From a bacterium (GTDB lineage Bacteria; Patescibacteriota; Patescibacteriia; HK-STAS-PATE-3), in assembly GCA_043800725.1 (NCBI GenBank), contig JAZDMR010000011.1, forward strand, positions 85,369-149,368: 64,000 nt of DNA. Reading direction: 5' to 3'. Of the stretch, positions 57,030 to 64,000 are shown one piece after another. The translations under genes and the position numbers were made by a program. Each line of letters starts with the position of its first letter. Positions within the stretch are counted from its first letter, which is position 1. The notes below the pieces were generated by a model that was not told the origin of the DNA, ran no database searches, and was given only the letters and a program-made list of their open reading frames with translations.

Positions 57030-60000
57030 ATGAATTATCTAACACAATCAGATCAAGTGCTTAATCAAAAAACCAGACAAAGAATATTTAAGCTTTTAAG
57101 TATATTAATATTACCCGCCATGGTCTTTCAGATGAGCGGTTTTGGCTTTGTCTTAACTGCCAATGCTGCTCAAGCAGCTGAATTGACCGAGCCAGTGGAA
57201 AAGCCTACTGAAGTAGTTGACCAGGTTGTTACAGGTCTTAAGGCAGCTAATCCTGCTGCCGACCTGGACCAGTGTAAAAATGGCGGTGTAGGTGATCCTC
57301 CCATCAGTCCTTGTGACTGGGTTAACGGTAATTTGAATGAACAGCATGCCCATTATGTTGAGGGTGATTCTGTGCCTTATCGGATGACTTTGACTGATAT
57401 TTCAGTTGGTGCGCCACATGAGTTAATTATTGGCTTTGATGTAAAGCACTCTGGCAAGCATGCGCTCGACTATTTAACTAACAATGACCGAATTGCTGAA
57501 GTGGTCGATCCTTGTGATGGTGTTACTCCTTGTGTTCCTGGTACAGCTGGCGATATTCCTTCACCTACAGACCTGATTGGTAGCGCAAGCTTTGCCAACT
57601 TAGAGGTTGCTGAAGGTAACCAACAGATTAAGATCTGGAATGGTGCTATCAGCTCTATTACATATGTAGACGAAGGTGATTTGACTCAAGATAATTCAGA
57701 AGCTCAAGTAAGTATTATTTTTACGGTGACCGACCCTACAGCTGTTATTTCTTGGGGTGGGCATATTGCTAGCCGGCTTGATTGGGGCTATGAACTAGGT
57801 GGTGAGCCAAAATCAGCTGGCGGTATCAATGGTTCCCCTTATCACATGCGCAATAAAGACCTGGATGGCTCTGGCGGTAACCAAGACCGTTCTCTATCTG
57901 CTAGTGCGGTTCTACCACCCGAACCGGGAGCTTTAATGTTGACCAAAGTTGTTGATAGTGGATCGGCCAGCCCGGATGCGTTTACTTTTGAAATTAATCC
58001 AGATCCAAACACAGAAGGTCAAGTAAATACTACCAACGGAACCCATGTCTTCAATGACTTGGACGCTGGTTTTTACACGGTGACTGAATTACCGTTCCCT
58101 GGTTATGAATTAGTTTCTACAACTTGTGATGACGTAGAGGTGGTAGCTGGTGAGTTAGCCCAATGTGAAATCCATAATGCCGTAGAAGTCGGCGATTTGG
58201 AAATTATAAAATACTTTGATAATCAGGCCAACGGTATTCTTAACACTTATGATGATTATCTGTCCGGCTGGCATTTTGTGGTGAAGGATGCGACAGGTCA
58301 GGTAGTAGCTGAAGAAGATACTGATGGCAATGGGCAAATTATGGTCAATAATCTCTTGACAGGCGACTACACCATCACTGAAACAATGCAGGATGGTTGG
58401 GAAAACACCACCGGCGGTCTGGTTCAGCAAGCTACGGTTGTTGCAGATGACACTGTTACAGTTGAGTTTGGTAACCGACGCTTACCAGCCGGCCTACATG
58501 AACTATTTAATATCTATGGTACCTGCTCTGATGAGTCTGGTAATGCCGTGGTGGCTGCTGGTGTGGGCATGCTGGACACTGATACTGGCACGATTAATAA
58601 TTTTAATATTCCAGGCCCGGTAACTGCTGCCTATCTCTTCTGGAGTGGGCGTGATAATAGTAATGGCCCTGGTGATCCCAACATTACCTTTGATGGACAT
58701 CCAGTAGTTGGCGTGGAATCCCGCGAAGGCTGGGATCCGATTGGTTATTATGCTGATGTAACCAGCCTGGTTTCACCAGGAGTCAAAAACTACACAATTG
58801 CCGGTCTAGACCTGGATCTCAATGACGGAGCTGGTTTACATGTGATTTACCAAGATGCTGCCCTTGATCCCGCAGGTGTTACCCTGTTCGGTGGACTGGA
58901 CTTTGCCTATCGTGGCACACCCTATAATCCGGTTGGACCTGATACGGAAGTGTATGGAATTACTTTTAGTCCTGCCCAAGTGGATCGAACAGCACACTTA
59001 ATTCTGAGTGTTGGCGGTGGTGACCATATTCATCCAAATCGAGGCGATAATCTTTGGATTCAAACTGGTACCGGAGCCATCCCTGGTTATTTGGTTGACC
59101 AGCCTGGCGCTATAGAGCAAATCTCAAATATGCTGACCGCTTCTGATGGACCTGAATTTGATACACCGAGTACTGATATTGTTATTCCAGCTAATGCGAC
59201 TTACCTAGCTTTCCAAATTGAATCGGAAGGCAATGATGGCGAAAGTTTGAGCTTGCTAGCAGCCAGTTTCTCAGTACCAGAATTTTGCCCTGGTAAGATC
59301 TCTGGCTATAAATGGAATGATACCAATGGTAATGGTAACTGGGATATTAGTGAATCTGCCTTATCTGGCTGGACTATCAATCTGTGGAATGATCGAGCTG
59401 GTCAACCTGGTATAATCATAGATACAGACGTGACTGATGCAAATGGTTACTACGAGTTTGCTGATTTACTACCTGGTGCTTACTGGGTAAATGAAGTATT
59501 GCAAGCTGGCTGGATCCAAACTTCCTTGCCAGTCACCTATGGTCCGCTGGTGATCACTCTTAATGAAAATTATACCCGTAATGACTTTGGTAACTTTGAG
59601 TTAGGCGAGATTCATGGCACCAAGTTCGAAGACATTACGGCCAATGGCCCATCCGGCGACGATACGACGATACCGGGCATTACAATTAACTTGTATAAAA
59701 ACGGTCAACTATATGATACTGATGTAACTGATGGTAGTGGTAACTTCTCATTTGTTGACCTTGGTCCGGGTAATTATACTTTTGATGAAGTATTGCCCCC
59801 AGGCTGGTACATGACTTACTCACCAGGTCTTATCGTTATGACCTCTGGATTGGTTAGCCAAGACAATGACTTTGGTAATTTCCAGCTAGGTGAGATTCAC
59901 GGTACTAAATATGATGACAAAACTGCTAATGGTCCATCTGGTGATGATACTCCAGTCAGCGGCATCATGATCAAGCTTTGGAAGGATGGTCAGTTCTATG

Positions 60001-62516
60001 CTGAGATGTTAACTAATGCCAGTGGCGATTACTGGTTTACTGATTTACCAGCTGGTACTTACACTATGACTGAAATTTTGCCTGGTGGTTGGGTTCAGAC
60101 TTATAACCCAGGTCCGGTTAACATGACCTCAGGATTGATTAGTACTGGTAATGATTTTGGTAACTTTAAACCGATTGAAATCCATGGCTACAAATGGAAT
60201 GACTTGAATGGCGATGGTGTATGGGATAATAATGAACCAGGCCTAAGCGGTTGGACTATTAATCTACATGAGGATAATAATGGCCAGCCCGGTGCAATTA
60301 TTGACACCATGGTAACAATTGCCGGTGGTGAGTACTGGTTTATGAATTTACCAGCTGGCATTAACTGGGTTAGTGAAGTGGGACAGGCTGGCTGGACTCA
60401 GACTTCATTACCAGTAGTCCATGGACCGCTTGATCTGACTTCTGGTGAAATTGAGAGAAACCTAAACTTTGGTAACTTTGAACTAGGTGAGATTCACGGT
60501 TACAAATGGAATGACACTAATGGAGATGGCATTTGGGGTCCTGGTGAATTTGGACTAGAAAATTGGACTATCTACTTACATGAAGATAATAATGGTCAGA
60601 TGGGTTCAATTCTAGATAGCACAACAACTGATATTAATGGTGCCTATTCATTCATCAACTTAGGTCCTGGCGCATACTGGTTAAGCGAAGACACGAAGAC
60701 TGGTTGGGTTCAGACGTCTGTACCTGAGAATATTGGACCGATCCAAATGACTTCAGGTTTAATTTCCAATGGTAATAACTTTGGTAACTTCAAGCTGGGA
60801 GAAATTCATGGTTATAAATGGGAAGACACTAATGGAGATGGCTATTGGGATCCTGGTGAATTTGGATTAGAAAATTGGACCATCAATCTTTGTGATGACG
60901 TCCAGTGCAATTCAGTAATTGACACAACTACTACTGACTCAAGTGGTTATTATGAGTTTACCGGTTTAGAAGCTGGTGATTATTGGATTAGTGAAGAAGT
61001 TCAGCCTGGCTGGACACAAACCTCATTACCAGTAGTATTCGGACCGATCACCATGATCTCTGGATTAAATACTGGTGATTATAACTTTGGTAACTTCCAA
61101 GACGTAACCATCAAAGCCTACAAGTTCAACGATGTTGATGGCGATGGTGTTAAAGATCCTGAAGATCTACCTATTGAAGACTGGAAAATGTATTTAGATG
61201 GTGGTCAGATGCAGGAAACCGATGTTAATGGAATGGTTTCTTGGACTGTTGCCACGGGTGGTGACTATGAAGTAAGTGAAGAAGATGTAGCTGGTTGGAC
61301 CCATACCACCCAAAACCCAGTTACTGTTACTGTACAATCAGGTGATCAGGACAAGGTTGTTGAGTTCTTAAATTTCAAGAATATTGACATCACTGTTAAC
61401 AAACTTATTGACGCTGATGGTGACATCAACACAACTGGTGATCAAACAGTTAAACCAGGCTGGACTGTTCAACTCTGGCAGAATGGTGTACAGATCGGTA
61501 CTGACCAATTAACTGATGTTAATGGTCAATACACCTGGACCAATCTAGGCCCTGGTACTTACACAGTTAAGGAAATCTTTGATGCTAATGAGTACACCGC
61601 ACTAACAGCTACTGAATTTGAAGTTGTGGTTAGCGCAGGTCAGAACGAAACTGCTACCTTCATTAACTTCGCTCCAGTGCCGTTACTACAGATTGAAAAG
61701 ACAGTCGCAGTGACTACTCTGGTAAATCCAGGTAATACCGTAACTTACATTGTAGTTGTGAAAAACATTGGCAATACCACAGCCATCAACGTGGTAGTGG
61801 ATGACATATTGCCTACCGGTTTGGTCTTTGCCGAAACCGGCCTGCAAACCGGCCAATTCCCAATCGGCAACTTGGAGCCTGATCAAAGCAAGACCATCAC
61901 TTATAACGTGATTGTCGGTTCAAATGTTTTGTCCGGCGTATATGACAATATTGCCAAAGCTTCGTCTGACAACACCAAGTCAGTAGAGGATGACGCCGAG
62001 ATCCAGGTTAAAATTCCCGAGGTGCTGGGCGTAGAAGGCGAGCCGATTCTTACATTAACCAAAGCGGTTAACAAGGAATGGACCAATCCCGGCGATACCT
62101 TGGTTTACACCATTGTGATAAGTAATACCGGAACGGCTATGGCTGAAAATGTCCGCTTGGTCGACGTCTTGCCAGAAGGCTTAATCTACGCTGATACCGG
62201 ATTGAAAGAGCGCGTCTGGACCTTGGGCGACATGGATATGAACACATCTCATACGCTGACCTACGAAGTGTTGGTGGGCAAGGATGTGAAGGCCGGCGAT
62301 TACATTAATGTAGTCACTGCCACATCTGATAACCATGATTCGCTGCAGGCCGAGGCCAAGGTCTTGGTCAAGATTCCTCAAGTATTGGGTGCCGCTCTGG
62401 CAAATACCGGAAGTGGCTTAAAGGATCTAGCAATTGCTTTTGCTGCTATAATGTTTATGATGATCGGTTTAGTAGTTCTGTACGAAAATCGTAAAACCGA
62501 ACTGCCACTCCGTTAA
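57030..62516 (+). CDS. Large cell-surface repeat protein (SdrD-B/CnaB-like and DUF11 domains, LANTG sorting-like signal)
   Basis: N-terminal signal/TM; about 8 repeats of GEIHG.KW.D.NG.G..D..E.GL..WTI.L...Y.F..L..G.Y...E...GW.QT..NFGN; C-terminal LANTG, TM and basic tail. Confidence 0.85.
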   Translation: MNYLTQSDQVLNQKTRQRIFKLLSILILPAMVFQMSGFGFVLTANAAQAAELTEPVEKPTEVVDQVVTGLKAANPAADLDQCKNGGVGDPPISPCDWVNGNLNEQHAHYVEGDSVPYRMTLTDISVGAPHELIIGFDVKHSGKHALDYLTNNDRIAEVVDPCDGVTPCVPGTAGDIPSPTDLIGSASFANLEVAEGNQQIKIWNGAISSITYVDEGDLTQDNSEAQVSIIFTVTDPTAVISWGGHIASRLDWGYELGGEPKSAGGINGSPYHMRNKDLDGSGGNQDRSLSASAVLPPEPGALMLTKVVDSGSASPDAFTFEINPDPNTEGQVNTTNGTHVFNDLDAGFYTVTELPFPGYELVSTTCDDVEVVAGELAQCEIHNAVEVGDLEIIKYFDNQANGILNTYDDYLSGWHFVVKDATGQVVAEEDTDGNGQIMVNNLLTGDYTITETMQDGWENTTGGLVQQATVVADDTVTVEFGNRRLPAGLHELFNIYGTCSDESGNAVVAAGVGMLDTDTGTINNFNIPGPVTAAYLFWSGRDNSNGPGDPNITFDGHPVVGVESREGWDPIGYYADVTSLVSPGVKNYTIAGLDLDLNDGAGLHVIYQDAALDPAGVTLFGGLDFAYRGTPYNPVGPDTEVYGITFSPAQVDRTAHLILSVGGGDHIHPNRGDNLWIQTGTGAIPGYLVDQPGAIEQISNMLTASDGPEFDTPSTDIVIPANATYLAFQIESEGNDGESLSLLAASFSVPEFCPGKISGYKWNDTNGNGNWDISESALSGWTINLWNDRAGQPGIIIDTDVTDANGYYEFADLLPGAYWVNEVLQAGWIQTSLPVTYGPLVITLNENYTRNDFGNFELGEIHGTKFEDITANGPSGDDTTIPGITINLYKNGQLYDTDVTDGSGNFSFVDLGPGNYTFDEVLPPGWYMTYSPGLIVMTSGLVSQDNDFGNFQLGEIHGTKYDDKTANGPSGDDTPVSGIMIKLWKDGQFYAEMLTNASGDYWFTDLPAGTYTMTEILPGGWVQTYNPGPVNMTSGLISTGNDFGNFKPIEIHGYKWNDLNGDGVWDNNEPGLSGWTINLHEDNNGQPGAIIDTMVTIAGGEYWFMNLPAGINWVSEVGQAGWTQTSLPVVHGPLDLTSGEIERNLNFGNFELGEIHGYKWNDTNGDGIWGPGEFGLENWTIYLHEDNNGQMGSILDSTTTDINGAYSFINLGPGAYWLSEDTKTGWVQTSVPENIGPIQMTSGLISNGNNFGNFKLGEIHGYKWEDTNGDGYWDPGEFGLENWTINLCDDVQCNSVIDTTTTDSSGYYEFTGLEAGDYWISEEVQPGWTQTSLPVVFGPITMISGLNTGDYNFGNFQDVTIKAYKFNDVDGDGVKDPEDLPIEDWKMYLDGGQMQETDVNGMVSWTVATGGDYEVSEEDVAGWTHTTQNPVTVTVQSGDQDKVVEFLNFKNIDITVNKLIDADGDINTTGDQTVKPGWTVQLWQNGVQIGTDQLTDVNGQYTWTNLGPGTYTVKEIFDANEYTALTATEFEVVVSAGQNETATFINFAPVPLLQIEKTVAVTTLVNPGNTVTYIVVVKNIGNTTAINVVVDDILPTGLVFAETGLQTGQFPIGNLEPDQSKTITYNVIVGSNVLSGVYDNIAKASSDNTKSVEDDAEIQVKIPEVLGVEGEPILTLTKAVNKEWTNPGDTLVYTIVISNTGTAMAENVRLVDVLPEGLIYADTGLKERVWTLGDMDMNTSHTLTYEVLVGKDVKAGDYINVVTATSDNHDSLQAEAKVLVKIPQVLGAALANTGSGLKDLAIAFAAIMFMMIGLVVLYENRKTELPLR

Positions 62517-62912
62517 ATTGATTTAGACAATTAAAGAATTGACACCAGCCCTGACGTACGTCGGGGCTGGTTTGGTATTCAGGCCATTCACAGCCACTTA
62601 AGTGGCGTTGGTTAATCAATTGACAACCTGACTGAAGTCAGTAAGAATTTGCAAAGCGAAGATGGCCATCTTCGCTTTCTGTAATGAGATTGTTGCGTCC
62701 TTATGTACTATCGAGATTTAAAAAATACGAATCCCTGACACGAGTCATCGAGGGGAAGGGTCTCCCCCGGCATTCAGGGCAAGTGGAGATGCTTCACTGA
62801 AGTTCAACAATACGAGTGATGGAGATCCTTCGCAAGCTCGCAATGGCTGCAGGGGGGGGCTGACGGTGCGGGATGCTTGCCCAGGGTCCTTTGTTTGTTA
62901 TAGTGTGTAAGC

Positions 62913-64000
62913 ATGTCAGAAGAATATAAATTAAATCCCGAGCAAACCAAAGCGATCGAGCATGATCTGGGTCCCTTAATGATCATTGCCGGAGCGGGGA
63001 CGGGCAAGACCAGCGTGATCGTGGAACGGTTAGCCTGGTTGATAACCAAGAAGGACTTGCGGCCTGAGCAGGTGCTCTGTTTAACTTTCACTGATAAGTC
63101 AGCCAATGAAATGGTGGAGCGGGTGGATCGCCGTTTGCCCACCGGCTATGTGGATTTGTGGGTGTCGACTTTTCATTCCTTTGGCGAGCGGGTGTTGCGG
63201 GAAAATGCCATTGACTTAGGTTTGCCCGGTGATTTTCAAATACTGTCAGAGCGCCAGCAGTGGCTGTTTATCCGGCAGCACTTGGATAAGTTTCCGTTAG
63301 ATTATTATCAGCCGTTTGGCAAGCCTACCAAGTTTTTGCAATCCTTGGTCAAGCACTTTTCGCGCCTTAAAGACGAACTGATCAGCCCGGACCAGTATTT
63401 GGAATACGTGGAGAATAAGCGATTAGACTTAGACAAATCAGATTTTACTAACAAGGAAGACAGTGAAGCAGCGGGTCAGGATTTAGAAAGGCTTCAAGAA
63501 TTGGCCGGCTCGTATCATGTTTATAATAGACTGTTGCGCGAGCGAGGCTTTTTAGATTTTGGTGACTTGATCGTTGAAACGTTAAATTTGTTCAAAAAAC
63601 GAGCTGCTTTACTTAAGCACTATCGCGAACAGTTTCGTTATGTCTTGGTAGATGAGTTTCAGGATACCAACTGGGCGCAATATGAGCTGGTAAAAATATT
63701 AGCTGCTCCCAACAATAATCTAACCGTAGTAGGGGATGACGACCAATCGATCTATAAATTTCGTGGTGCTTCGGTAGCCAACATCTTAGAGTTCAAGCGC
63801 GACTTCCCAAATAGCACTGATATTGTGCTAACCCAGAATTACCGCTCGCGCCAAAGCATTTTGGATGCAGCTTATTCATTTATCCAGGGCAATAATCCTA
63901 ATCGTTTGGAAGCTCAGCTCAAAGACGATCAGGTTAAATTAAGCAGTATTTCCAAGCGTCTGGTAGCTGATCAGACAGGCGATGGGCAGATTAAAGAGAT
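62913..64000 (+). CDS. UvrD/PcrA-family ATP-dependent DNA helicase (runs off the window end)
   Basis: LNPEQ..A, AGAGTGKT, LTFTDK.A.EM, STFHSF, LVDEFQDTN, VGDDDQSIYKFRGA, NYRS. Confidence 0.95.
   Translation, partial: MSEEYKLNPEQTKAIEHDLGPLMIIAGAGTGKTSVIVERLAWLITKKDLRPEQVLCLTFTDKSANEMVERVDRRLPTGYVDLWVSTFHSFGERVLRENAIDLGLPGDFQILSERQQWLFIRQHLDKFPLDYYQPFGKPTKFLQSLVKHFSRLKDELISPDQYLEYVENKRLDLDKSDFTNKEDSEAAGQDLERLQELAGSYHVYNRLLRERGFLDFGDLIVETLNLFKKRAALLKHYREQFRYVLVDEFQDTNWAQYELVKILAAPNNNLTVVGDDDQSIYKFRGASVANILEFKRDFPNSTDIVLTQNYRSRQSILDAAYSFIQGNNPNRLEAQLKDDQVKLSSISKRLVADQTGDGQIKE

Noticed and set aside
59290-61680. Periodic DNA repeats as a CRISPR array
   Set aside because: Imperfect in-frame ~300-bp domain repeats inside the surface-protein CDS; no repeat-spacer pattern and no cas genes

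Overview
Genomic window from a small-genome bacterium, most likely Patescibacteria/CPR (inferred from gene content and style: alpha2-type GlyRS, type-2 IleRS, membrane-anchored Clp ATPase, SD-poor core genes; standard code 11). Housekeeping content: tRNA-Asp, infC-rpmI-rplT, smpB with tmRNA, argS, ileS, recO, tgt, glyQS, rsmI, metG, tatD, rmuC, a full F1Fo ATP synthase operon, a 1828-aa repeat surface protein and the start of a UvrD/PcrA helicase. Two accessory regions stand out. (1) 15.99-21.6 kb is a hotspot upstream of recO. It holds an unannotated 39-aa RiPP precursor (ending GGGYQCC), an RRE-radical SAM/SPASM enzyme and a methyltransferase, bracketed by two integron attC-like sites. It also holds two paralogous orphan genes each enclosed by the same perfect 21-bp inverted repeat, a tRNA-like small RNA candidate, repeated recO 5' fragments and a RelE/HTH toxin-antitoxin pair. 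(2) 29.88-33.57 kb is a complete diversity-generating retroelement (target+VR, TR, antisense avd, RT; 11 of 11 VR/TR differences at template adenines), enclosed by 154-bp inverted repeats with no transposase. Also noted: a TrpR-like gene plus leader-peptide attenuator ahead of an M14 peptidase/ATP-grasp pair, and other small ncRNA and small-ORF candidates. All calls come from reading the sequence; no searches were run.
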